This document shows positions 8,700-17,248 of a stretch of 64,000 bases of DNA, piece by piece. The notes beneath the pieces are model-generated. The model was given only the letters and a program-made list of their open reading frames with translations, had not been told where the DNA came from and did not search any database. The stretch comes from an uncultured Candidatus Binatia bacterium (GTDB lineage: Bacteria; Desulfobacterota; Binatia; Bin18): the NCBI GenBank assembly GCA_965200965.1, contig OZ241744.1, forward strand, positions 2,560,001 to 2,624,000, given 5' to 3'. A program made the position numbers and the translations under genes. Within the stretch, counting starts at the first letter, position 1; each line of letters begins with the position of its first letter.

Positions 8700-10274
8700 C
8701 TAATACGCCTTGGCAAAAATGACCCGCCGCCGGCTCGGCTGACCGCTCAGCACGCACACGCCCTCCTCTTCCGGGGCACCCAGCGGAAGACACCGGATGG
8801 TGACGTTCAGATCGTTTTTGAGCGTCTCTTCTACCTCGGGTTGCCCGTTCCAATGGCTGAGGGCAAAGCCAGCGTGAATCTCTGGTTTGTCCCGCCGCTG
8901 CGAAGACGCATCGTCCTGTCTTCCTCCTGACGAACGGCGAGGACGATCTGTCTTTGGAGTGAAGAAGTCGTACAGGTCGACCTTGGAGTCAATGCGGTGC
9001 GTATGCTGATCCCGAAAGCTGCGGGCTCGATCGAACAGCGTGTGCTGAATGTTGTCGAGTTGGGATATCAGCGTTGCCACAAACTCGACCCGCGACTGGC
9101 TGAAGCGCTCCGACTGCGGTCGGTCGCGGCGACCGACAAAAACCGCGTCATTTTCCAGTTCACGCTGGCCGACCTCAAGGCGGATGGGCACGCCTTTTTT
9201 AATCCACGACCAGACCTTTTCTCCACCCGGGGCGTCCCGCACATCAAGTTCGACCCCGAGGGGCTGGTCATCGTAGCGCAAGGTCCGCAGTTCCCAGGCC
9301 AGACCCTCGCAGTAGGCCAGAATCTCGGCCCGATTCTCCTTGCGCAGCAGGGGCAGAATAACGACATGGCGGGGGGCCAGTCTGGGCGGCAGGACCAAGC
9401 CGTTATCGTCACTATGGGTCATGATCAAGCCACCGATGAGGCGGGTTGATACTCCCCACGAGGTGGTCCAGGCGTAGGTTTCCTGGCCGCTGGTGTCGGA
9501 GAATCGAATTTCAGACGACCGGGCGAAATTCTGGCCTAAAAAATGTGAGGTGCCGGCCTGGAGTGCCTTGCGGTCCTGCATCATGGCCTCAATAGAATAG
9601 GTGGCCACTGCGCCGGGGAAGCGCTCGCTCTGCGTCTTCTCGCCCTTGATGACCGGCATCGCCATGTACCGCTCGGCAAAATCGGCGTACACGTCAAGCA
9701 TCCGGGCGGTCTCTTGTTGGGCTTCCTGCGCGGTGGCGTGGACGGTGTGGCCCTCCTGCCACAGGAATTCCGCGGTACGCAGAAAAATACGCGGCCGCAT
9801 CTCCCAGCGCACAACGTTGGCCCACTGATTGATCAGCAGCGGCAGATCACGGTAGGACTGGACCCACTTGGCAAATGTCGCCCCAATAATAGTTTCAGAG
9901 GTGGGGCGGACAACCAGAGGCTCAGTCAACTCCCCTGATGGGACGAGGTGGCCGTCCGGTCCGGCCTCCAGCCGATGGTGGGTCACCACCGCGCATTCTT
10001 TGGCAAAGCCTTCGACGTGCTCGGCTTCTTTTTGCAGAAAGCTGAGCGGAATAAAGAGCGGAAAGTAGGCGTTTTGATGGCCGGTAGCCTTGAACATACC
10101 GTCTAAGACCCGCTGGATGTTCTCCCACAGGCTATAGCCCCACGGCTTAATGACCATACAGCCCCGGACCGCTGAGGTTTCGGCCAGGTCGGCAGCCCGA
10201 ATGACCTGCTGATACCACTCGGTGTAGTCTTCCGCTCGGGTTGGAGAAATCGCCGTCTTCAAGGCTCGCTTCAT
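8700..10274 (-). CDS. proS: Proline--tRNA ligase (archaeal/eukaryote-like type)
   Basis: VRPTSET, NQWANVVRWE, QAGTSHFLGQNF, C-terminal FAKAY. Confidence 0.97.
   Translation of the reverse strand: MKRALKTAISPTRAEDYTEWYQQVIRAADLAETSAVRGCMVIKPWGYSLWENIQRVLDGMFKATGHQNAYFPLFIPLSFLQKEAEHVEGFAKECAVVTHHRLEAGPDGHLVPSGELTEPLVVRPTSETIIGATFAKWVQSYRDLPLLINQWANVVRWEMRPRIFLRTAEFLWQEGHTVHATAQEAQQETARMLDVYADFAERYMAMPVIKGEKTQSERFPGAVATYSIEAMMQDRKALQAGTSHFLGQNFARSSEIRFSDTSGQETYAWTTSWGVSTRLIGGLIMTHSDDNGLVLPPRLAPRHVVILPLLRKENRAEILAYCEGLAWELRTLRYDDQPLGVELDVRDAPGGEKVWSWIKKGVPIRLEVGQRELENDAVFVGRRDRPQSERFSQSRVEFVATLISQLDNIQHTLFDRARSFRDQHTHRIDSKVDLYDFFTPKTDRPRRSSGGRQDDASSQRRDKPEIHAGFALSHWNGQPEVEETLKNDLNVTIRCLPLGAPEEEGVCVLSGQPSRRRVIFAKAY
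8898..8955 (-). repeat. Family A element, in frame in proS
   Basis: 3 mismatches to 8516-8573; peptide KTDRPRRSSGGRQDDASSQ. Confidence 0.95.
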
Positions 10275-10298
10275 GCCGCTCCTCCTCTCAGCAGAGGG

Positions 10299-10991
10299 TT
10301 ATCTCAAAAGCAATGTGGCCAGGCGCAGGTCGTCTGGAGTGGTAATTTTAAAATTCCGCCGCTCTCCGGGCACAATCTGGACTGTCCCACCAGTTTTTTC
10401 AACGAGCGAGGCGTCGTCGGTGGCGTGAATCGCTTCGGCCAAGGCACATTGGTGGGCGTCTCTTATCAGTTCAACGCGAAAGGTCTGCGGGGTCTGAGCC
10501 AGCCATACGTCTTGGCGTGGCAGCGTCTCCGCCACCCTCAGGTCAGAACGATTCATCTTTTCAGCCCGTTTGAGCGTGTCGGCCACTGGCTCCGCCACCA
10601 ATGCTGCCCCGACTTGGTCGGCAACCCGAATGCTGGTATGAATGACGGGCGGGCTGATAAATGGACGGGCGGCGTCGTGAATCACTACGATATCACACCC
10701 CGCATCAAGCGCGGCGAGGCCAAGACGGACCGAGTCTTGGCGTTGGGGGCCACCGTGTGCCAGGCGTATGTCACACCGAAACGGTCCGTGGACTTGGAGC
10801 AACTCACGACACAGTTGTTCGCACTCAGGTGCAATGACCACGACCAGGGTAGACAGCAGGTGGGCTTGGTCAAAGCTGCGCAGCGTATGCACCAGGAGAG
10901 GAACGCCACACACCGGCAGAAATGGCTTGGGGACGCGCGTCCCCAGGCGTTCGCCCTTCCCGGCCGCGACAATAACTGCGTTGACGTGCAT
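10299..10991 (-). CDS. ispD: 2-C-methyl-D-erythritol 4-phosphate cytidylyltransferase
   Basis: AAGKGERLG, RQDSV, HDAARPF, AQTPQ, TDDASLVE, KITTPDDL. Confidence 0.96.
   Translation of the reverse strand: MHVNAVIVAAGKGERLGTRVPKPFLPVCGVPLLVHTLRSFDQAHLLSTLVVVIAPECEQLCRELLQVHGPFRCDIRLAHGGPQRQDSVRLGLAALDAGCDIVVIHDAARPFISPPVIHTSIRVADQVGAALVAEPVADTLKRAEKMNRSDLRVAETLPRQDVWLAQTPQTFRVELIRDAHQCALAEAIHATDDASLVEKTGGTVQIVPGERRNFKITTPDDLRLATLLLR
10541..10561 (-). repeat. Family A half element in ispD
   Basis: rc aaaagatgaatcgttctgacc; peptide KMNRSD. Confidence 0.55.
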
Positions 10992-11000
10992 CCGCCAGGA

Positions 11001-11726
11001 CTACTGTTGAAAATGTTTCTTCCCGTATTTGGAAAAATAGTAAAGGATTGATCGTTCAGCAATATCCTTCATAATCGTAGTCATTTCGGCGACTGTCCAT
11101 TGTCTCTCTCGGAAATAGAAACTTCCCCTGTTGAATTTTCCGTCCTCAAGATTGTGGAGATGTGTTTTATTCAGTTCGCCAAACATTGCCATTGTAGATA
11201 CGCGATCCAAGACTGACGATCCCTCTTCAAAATCGCACCCGTAGCCAAAACAAACGAATGGGAAGATGCTCTCCCGCATGAGAGCTGTTCGCAACCCTAT
11301 CAGGTTCTTGCCAAGACGCTCAATGGCGTTGCCACGCGCCTGTCTCCCTAATCCTTCCTTCGCGCGTAAATCATTCGTCCCTTGATTCTTCACTTCCGAA
11401 ATCAGAATTGGGAAGACCAGATTGTCGCCCTGTTTGCCCCGGATATAGAGGAAACCGCCATCCGGGCGTATAAAGCTGGTGTCGGAGTGATGGTGGAAAT
11501 TGACCCCGCCGCCACTGTGGCTATACTGAAGCTCACGAACGATGTCACGAAGATACCACGACTTATCGTGAACAAATTTGATGCTTTGGAACTTTTCATC
11601 AAGGTACTTGGCTACGTTAGAGAGCGCTACTATTAAGTCCGTTTCCTGACTCTTGGCAGTAGTATTAATTACGGTGCCAGTGCGTTGACTTCGCAATTGG
11701 GTTTTTCGTGCCATGCCCGTTGTCAC
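11001..11726 (-). CDS. EcoRI-family type II restriction endonuclease
   Basis: IRPDGG...ISEVKNQG (PD..ExK) and GNAIER motifs as in EcoRI; lower GC. Confidence 0.8.
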   Translation of the reverse strand: MTTGMARKTQLRSQRTGTVINTTAKSQETDLIVALSNVAKYLDEKFQSIKFVHDKSWYLRDIVRELQYSHSGGGVNFHHHSDTSFIRPDGGFLYIRGKQGDNLVFPILISEVKNQGTNDLRAKEGLGRQARGNAIERLGKNLIGLRTALMRESIFPFVCFGYGCDFEEGSSVLDRVSTMAMFGELNKTHLHNLEDGKFNRGSFYFRERQWTVAEMTTIMKDIAERSILYYFSKYGKKHFQQ

Positions 11727-12916
11727 CTCTTCTCGACGAGAAAGAGCTGCTCAGTCACATGTACTGACCGCTGGCGTAGATTACGGCTTCCTCGAAACGT
11801 GTTATAGGGGATTTCAAAAATTTCTACCGTGCCGATATTCTTCAGCATCGTCCGCATTTCATCGGGTTTGATGAATCCTTCGTTGTTGAAGGAGACGAGG
11901 AGAAAGCGAGTGTCAAGCGTCTCCAGAAGCTGCTTCAATAGAGGCAAGGACTTTGCGCGGACATTATACCCGGAACGCCGCCAGTCTGTCGGGATGCCAG
12001 ATACATGACTCAGGTGTAACGGGCGTTGATAGCGAACCAGCAGATTGAGCATGAAATAGTTTGAGCCATACGGATGCTGATTATACGGCGGATCAATATA
12101 CACCAAATCCAGCCCTGTCAGGTGCTTGGCGACCGTGTTGGCGTCGCTCCGATGAACAGCGTACTCGCACTCAAAACTGCTCAGAACGGGCATTTCAAGT
12201 TCTATCTTCCCCCTGATGCGCTTCAGCGCATCCGCTGATGTCCCTCCATATTGCCCTATACCGCTGTGGCGATTTTTGTAAAAGCCTTTGAATATACCGG
12301 CAGTATTGGCATGGACCGACGCCTTGTTCAAAAGTGAGGCTAAAAGCATATCGTGGACATCGGGCGGGGTTGCGTCAATGAGCCGCCGGTAGTTATCCAG
12401 CCGCCGCGCATTGTCAATCGTATAAAACACCCGCTCTTCCCTTGAGATGTTCGTCTCGTCGCTCGGCGCATATAACTCCTGGATAAACCCCTGGGGAAAA
12501 TCCTGAGTGACTCGCGTGTTCAACTCCTCTACGAGCACGGCGAGGCGTGAAAAATTGACCGTACTCCGGTTGCGGAGATAACAGCGTCCAATGACGGCAG
12601 CATACTCTTCAAGATCGTTGCTGATGAGCAGAGACGTGTGCGCTTTCACAAAGCGGGATACTATCCCCGAGCCGCTGAAAGCGTCAAACACGCGCAGCCT
12701 GTCTTTGCCCAGCCGTTTCTTGACCCGTGTCAGTGCTCTGCCAATCTGACCAAGCAGTGCCCTCTTGTTCCCGATATAGGTGATAATCTGACGGGACAGG
12801 TAAGCAGGATTCTCTCCGATGGGGAGACCTTGCTCTACGGTTTTCAAGACCTCACAGGCATCGTCATGAGCGACCTGGGTTGCCCTTGCGCCATGTATCC
12901 CTTCGAGTTTATCCAC
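11723..12916 (-). CDS. D12-class N6-adenine DNA methyltransferase
   Basis: TYIGNKR, DAFSGSGIVS (motif I), YIDPPYN (motif IV); overlaps nuclease start. Confidence 0.92.
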   Translation of the reverse strand: MDKLEGIHGARATQVAHDDACEVLKTVEQGLPIGENPAYLSRQIITYIGNKRALLGQIGRALTRVKKRLGKDRLRVFDAFSGSGIVSRFVKAHTSLLISNDLEEYAAVIGRCYLRNRSTVNFSRLAVLVEELNTRVTQDFPQGFIQELYAPSDETNISREERVFYTIDNARRLDNYRRLIDATPPDVHDMLLASLLNKASVHANTAGIFKGFYKNRHSGIGQYGGTSADALKRIRGKIELEMPVLSSFECEYAVHRSDANTVAKHLTGLDLVYIDPPYNQHPYGSNYFMLNLLVRYQRPLHLSHVSGIPTDWRRSGYNVRAKSLPLLKQLLETLDTRFLLVSFNNEGFIKPDEMRTMLKNIGTVEIFEIPYNTFRGSRNLRQRSVHVTEQLFLVEKR

Positions 12917-12978
12917 CGGAAAATTTCTTACTATCGCAGTTTTCCTTCTCCGTTCTCTTAAATTTCAGATTCTGCGCC

Positions 12979-13461
12979 TCAATGGGCGAAGATGGTTCTC
13001 AGATCATCCATAATTTTCTCTTCGGTGTGGGCACTGGCTATGGACAACTCTTTGACGAGCAGGCTCTGGGCCGTGTCGAGCATTTTCCGCTCCCCAAACG
13101 ACAGCTCTTTGTCGGCTTTGATCACAAACAGGTCGCGCAGCACCTTGGCAATTTCCAACACCGAGCCGGTTTTGATCATGTCGGTATACTCTCGATACCG
13201 ACGGTTCCAGGTCTGTTGATCGACCGCGACTTTTTTTGTGCGCAGGATGCGATAGACTTTCCCGACCATTTCTTTGCTGATGACCGGCCGGAGTCCTGCC
13301 GCTGCAACGTTGGTGGTCGGTATCATGATAGTCATGTCAGTCTCGAGAATCCGCAACACATAGAATTTCTGCTCATGGCCAGATATGCTCTTCGCCCGCA
13401 TCCCTTCAATCACCCCTACACCATGACTAGGATAGACGACCTTCTCCCCAATTTTGAACAT
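12979..13461 (-). CDS. carD: CarD/CdnL family transcriptional regulator
   Basis: FKIGEKVVYPSHGVGVI...WNRRYREY...LSFGERKML. Confidence 0.96.
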   Translation of the reverse strand: MFKIGEKVVYPSHGVGVIEGMRAKSISGHEQKFYVLRILETDMTIMIPTTNVAAAGLRPVISKEMVGKVYRILRTKKVAVDQQTWNRRYREYTDMIKTGSVLEIAKVLRDLFVIKADKELSFGERKMLDTAQSLLVKELSIASAHTEEKIMDDLRTIFAH

Positions 13462-13496
13462 CGGTTTCCCTCCTAGCAGCATTACAGGACCGGAGG

Positions 13497-13525
13497 ATGG
13501 TAGCGGATTCGGCGGCCGTCGTCAA
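13497..13525 (-). promoter_or_regulatory. sigma70-type promoter for carD
   Basis: TTGACG-17 nt-TACCAT on minus strand. Confidence 0.6.
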
Positions 13526-13555
13526 ACCTGACTATCCGAAAACAGATAACTCTAT

Positions 13556-14023
13556 TTAGAATGGCAGTTCAATTTCGACCACACGGCCGTGCCCGACTTG
13601 GGACCCCACCCAAGCAGCAAGACGTGCTCTCAGGTACTTACCACGGAACATCTCATGGATTCGTTCCGTTTCTGCTGGATCGTCTATGAATCGGGCCTTG
13701 CCAGCAAAAGCAAGGTCTCCAATCTTCAAACCTATCTGATTATTTTTCTTCAGGTTTCGATACCAGGCGGTCTTGCCGTCGTTGCCGGCCTGGATGTGAA
13801 AGCGGCCGGCCTCATAAACAAACCAGATAGGGATAGTGCGCGGCTTGCCGCTTTTTCGGCCAATCGTCGTAATTTCGACAATCGACTCTGAGGCGCGCGC
13901 CTCGAGATCTGCCCGGCTGGGGCCGGACTCTTGGACCGAACTCACAGCCCAGCCGGCCAAGCCGAGTGTGAGGCTCACACTGCAAAGCAGCAAAACGTTG
14001 CGTCGCAGGTCAAGTCGTGTCAT
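13556..14023 (-). CDS. Deazaflavin (F420)-dependent nitroreductase / split-barrel family protein with N-terminal signal/TM segment
   Basis: ITTIGRKSGKPRTIPIWF...WYRNLKKN motif; N-terminus LRRNVLLL plus hydrophobic stretch. Confidence 0.75.
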   Translation of the reverse strand: MTRLDLRRNVLLLCSVSLTLGLAGWAVSSVQESGPSRADLEARASESIVEITTIGRKSGKPRTIPIWFVYEAGRFHIQAGNDGKTAWYRNLKKNNQIGLKIGDLAFAGKARFIDDPAETERIHEMFRGKYLRARLAAWVGSQVGHGRVVEIELPF

Positions 14024-14202
14024 TGCATCCTCCTGTCCTGTGCGTCTCCTCGGCCGGACTGTCACCCGACCCTTCCATATTGCCGTTCCTGTGCGCCGAC
14101 ACAATCCCACCAAGTCGGGACTTTGGCCAGAGCTCCTCTTTTCCAGGCAACACAGAGTGTGCTAGCCTTGGGCAACTTTATTGTTCCGAAGGAGGAGTCC
14201 GC

Positions 14203-14541
14203 ATGGCCACGCAATTTCACTTTCGTGTCGCCAATGAGGCCATTGAGGTGCAAACCGGTGCGCACGCTTCGCCCAATATCACAATTTCCATGAAGGAGAG
14301 CGATTACCTGGATATGATAAACGGGAAATTGAACGAGCAGATGGCCTTTATGAGCGGCAAGCTCAAAATCACAGGAGATATGGGCTTGGCCATGCGGCTG
14401 CAAGGGCTGTTTACACCCCGTGGCTCGGATGATCCAGAGATTGCCTCGGTCCGGCAGGCCATTGATGGCGCGGCTGATAAGTTCAACAAGTCGGCCGCAA
14501 AAGGTCTGGACGCGGTCTTTCAGTTTGATCTGAGCAACTGA
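14203..14541 (+). CDS. SCP2 sterol-carrier domain protein, circularly permuted
   Basis: AAGGAGGAG RBS; GKLNEQMAFMSGKLKITGDMGLAMRL core; the usual N-terminal segment (FNKSAAKGLDAVFQFDLS) is at the C-terminus. Confidence 0.8.
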   Translation: MATQFHFRVANEAIEVQTGAHASPNITISMKESDYLDMINGKLNEQMAFMSGKLKITGDMGLAMRLQGLFTPRGSDDPEIASVRQAIDGAADKFNKSAAKGLDAVFQFDLSN

Positions 14542-14574
14542 CTCCGGCTTCGCGCGTCTTTCCCGAGCTTCCCC

Positions 14575-15822
14575 ATGACGACCCACACCCTCATTGGCCT
14601 GATGTCCGGCACCTCGCACGACGGGATTGACGCCGCGCTGGTTGATATCAACTCAAAGACGAACCGTCCTGACCGTTTTCAGGTTCGTCAGCGGGCCTTT
14701 CGCGCTTTTCCGTATACGCGCCCAGTGCGTGAGCGTTTATTGCGGCTCAGTCAGGGCGCTGCGGTTCAGGCCGGTGAGGTCGCCCAGGTCAATGTGCTGC
14801 TGGGCGAACTGTTTGCCAAAGCCGCGCTCAAGCTGTGTCAGGCAGCCCATATCGCCTGCGACCGCGTGATGGCGATCGGTTCACACGGGCATACGATCTA
14901 CCATCAGCCCCGTCAGCGCCCAAGCCCCGGCTCTACCCTCCAAATCGGTGAGCCGGCCGTCATTGCCGCCCGGACGGGTATCACCACGGTGGCCGATTTT
15001 CGGCCCGCCGATCTGGCAATGGGCGGAGAGGGCGCGCCCCTCGTCCCCTATGTCCACCACGCCTTGTTTCACCAGCCCCGGCGGTCGGTCGCCGTCCACA
15101 ATATCGGCGGCATCGCCAACCTAACCTATTTGCCCGCCCACCACGCGCTCGACGGCGTCCTGGCCTTTGATACCGGCCCCGGCAATATGGTCATTGATGG
15201 GGTGGTTCAGGCGGTCAGCGGGGGAAAAAAGCTGTACGACAAAGGGGGGCGTATGGCTCGCCGGGGCAGGGTCCACAAGGCCCTCTTGGCCGAACTCTTG
15301 CGCCACCCATATTTTCGACGCCGGCCGCCCAAATCCACCGGCCGCGAGGAGTTTGGTGAGCCGTATATCCGACACTTCCTCAGCCGGGCTTCAGGGCTGA
15401 CTGCCGAAGATCAGGTTGCGACAGCCACCGCGCTGACGGTCGAAAGCATGGCCCGCGCCTACCGCAACTTTGTGTGCCGAAAGACGACTCGTCCTGACCG
15501 TTCGCACAGAGAAAGAGCGGACGACTCGTCTTTGCCGGGCACGCTGGATGAGATTGTGCTGACCGGTGGCGGAAGCCTCAACCCGGTGCTGGGTGAGTGG
15601 CTGGCCGAGGCGCTACTGCACATCCGTGTGCGGCCCTCGGAAGAACTCGGATTTGACAGTCAGGCCCTTGAGGCGCTGGCATTCGCGGTGCTGGCGTATG
15701 CAACGCTCCACGGCATAGCGTCGAATGTGCGGGGCGCAACAGGCGCTCGGGCACCGGTCGTTCTGGGCAAAGTGGCCCCGGGGCGCAACTATCGCACCAT
15801 GCGACTCATCTTGTCTTCCTGA
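14575..15822 (+). CDS. anmK: Anhydro-N-acetylmuramic acid kinase
   Basis: IGLMSGTSHDGID, GSHGHT, GGEGAPLVP, NIGGIAN, FDTGPGN, KSTGREEF. Confidence 0.96.
   Translation: MTTHTLIGLMSGTSHDGIDAALVDINSKTNRPDRFQVRQRAFRAFPYTRPVRERLLRLSQGAAVQAGEVAQVNVLLGELFAKAALKLCQAAHIACDRVMAIGSHGHTIYHQPRQRPSPGSTLQIGEPAVIAARTGITTVADFRPADLAMGGEGAPLVPYVHHALFHQPRRSVAVHNIGGIANLTYLPAHHALDGVLAFDTGPGNMVIDGVVQAVSGGKKLYDKGGRMARRGRVHKALLAELLRHPYFRRRPPKSTGREEFGEPYIRHFLSRASGLTAEDQVATATALTVESMARAYRNFVCRKTTRPDRSHRERADDSSLPGTLDEIVLTGGGSLNPVLGEWLAEALLHIRVRPSEELGFDSQALEALAFAVLAYATLHGIASNVRGATGARAPVVLGKVAPGRNYRTMRLILSS
14655..14680 (+). repeat. Family A half element in anmK
   Basis: aaagacgaaccgtcctgaccgtt; peptide KTNRPDR. Confidence 0.75.
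15480..15533 (+). repeat. Family A element, in frame in anmK
   Basis: aaagacgactcgtcctgaccgttcgcacagagaaagagcggacgactcgtcttt; peptide KTTRPDRSHRERADDSSL. Confidence 0.92.
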
Positions 15823-15863
15823 GCAAAAGCTTGGGACGATGGGTCTCGAAGGAGGGCAATCCG

Positions 15864-16949
15864 ATGCCGAAGCGCGTAGTCATTATTCCCGGCGATGACG
15901 CCGCCCCAGAGGCCATGGCACCAACGCTCGATATACTGAAAAGCCTGGCCCTCGATATGGAGTTCACCGAATTTCCAATCGGACAAGAAGGGGTCAGACA
16001 GTACGGTTCCCGACGAGATTTTCACCAGGCATTGTGCCGAGCGATTGATCAGTCTGACACGACCCTGTTCGGTTCGACAAACGGCACGACCGGTGGGATC
16101 AGCTATCTGCGCTGGGGCAAGCAGACCTATGCCAATGTGCGCCCAAGCCGTTGGCTGCCCGGTTTCCTCAGCCCGTTGAAACAGCCCGAGGGCATAGACT
16201 TGGTCATTGTGCGTGAAAACCTCGAAGACCTGTATATGGGGATTGAGGGCGACCTTGGCATGCTGTCAGCTCTGCCTGAGACGAGTGTGACTAGCTATTT
16301 GACAAGAAAACCCCTCGATACAACGCCCGCCGGTACATTCGCCATCAAGGTGATCACCGTCCACGCTACCCAACGGGTCGTCCACTTTGCCTGTGAGTTG
16401 GCCCGCAAGCGCAAAGCGCGTGGCGGCCGCGGCCTGGTCACCTGTACCAGCAAGTATAATATGCTGCGCACCAGCGACGGCTTGTTCCGACAGGTGGCTG
16501 AAGAAACGGCCAAAGCATATCCCGATATTGAGTATAACCAGTACCTTGTTGACGATTTTGCTCACCGTCTGGTGGCGAACCCGAGTCAATTTGACGTGGT
16601 GGTGATGCCAAATCTGTACGGTGACCTGCTCTCGGACGCGGCTGCCGGAACGATTGGCGGTCTTGGTTTAGCGCCCAGCGGCTGTTATGGACAGGACTAC
16701 GCCTATTTTGAGTCCGCCCACGGAACAGCCCCGGATATTGCCGGCCGCAATGTTATTAACCCGACCGCAACCCTGCTGTCGGCCGCACTGATGCTGGAAT
16801 ATCTTGGCTGGCAGGATGCCGCGGCTGGTCTTGAGGCGGCTATTGCCCGTGTGTATGCCGAGGGTAAGGTCCTCACCCCCGACCAGGGTGGCTCATCCTC
16901 AACCACCGACTTCTGTCAAGCGGTCAAAGACTGTGTTCTTGACGGCTAG
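15864..16949 (+). CDS. Isocitrate/isopropylmalate dehydrogenase family protein
   Basis: YANVRP, VRENLEDLY, PNLYGDLLSD, FESAHGTAPDIAG. Confidence 0.92.
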   Translation: MPKRVVIIPGDDAAPEAMAPTLDILKSLALDMEFTEFPIGQEGVRQYGSRRDFHQALCRAIDQSDTTLFGSTNGTTGGISYLRWGKQTYANVRPSRWLPGFLSPLKQPEGIDLVIVRENLEDLYMGIEGDLGMLSALPETSVTSYLTRKPLDTTPAGTFAIKVITVHATQRVVHFACELARKRKARGGRGLVTCTSKYNMLRTSDGLFRQVAEETAKAYPDIEYNQYLVDDFAHRLVANPSQFDVVVMPNLYGDLLSDAAAGTIGGLGLAPSGCYGQDYAYFESAHGTAPDIAGRNVINPTATLLSAALMLEYLGWQDAAAGLEAAIARVYAEGKVLTPDQGGSSSTTDFCQAVKDCVLDG

Positions 16950-17022
16950 AGACACCGCAGCGGGGTGTCTCAGCGAAAAGGTCTCACAGGTAGTCTCCCC
17001 GTCAGGACAGTCCGGGGTGGGA

Positions 17023-17068
17023 AAACACGAGCATCGTCCTGCTCAGGAAGAGGAGACGAGGCGTCTTT
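17023..17068 (+). repeat. Family A element providing the stop of the 53-aa ORF
   Basis: gcatcgtcctgctcaggaagaggagacgaggcgtcttt. Confidence 0.65.
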
Positions 17069-17204
17069 GGCCCCGTTTGATGACAATAACGTCTTGGCCG
17101 TTGACGCGCAGGGTACGGCGGTAGGCGGGGGCTTGTGGTGACGCTTTGCGGGCACGGTCTTCACGCCATTTTTTCAGCTGCTTTTCCAGATTTTTCTGAC
17201 TCAC
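17043..17204 (-). CDS. Small basic hypothetical protein (53 aa)
   Basis: GAGGAGG RBS then GTG; MSQKNLEKQLKKWREDRARKASPQAPAYRRTLRVNGQDVIVIKRGQRRLVSSS; below ORF-track cutoff. Confidence 0.6.
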   Translation of the reverse strand: MSQKNLEKQLKKWREDRARKASPQAPAYRRTLRVNGQDVIVIKRGQRRLVSSS

Positions 17205-17248
17205 ATATCCTCCTCTGAGCAGGATTGCTTGATTGCAGGATTCCCGCG

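Noticed and set aside
8516-8955. Possible CRISPR array from palindromic repeats
   Set aside because: Copies are irregularly spaced, degenerate and inside coding genes; no cas genes
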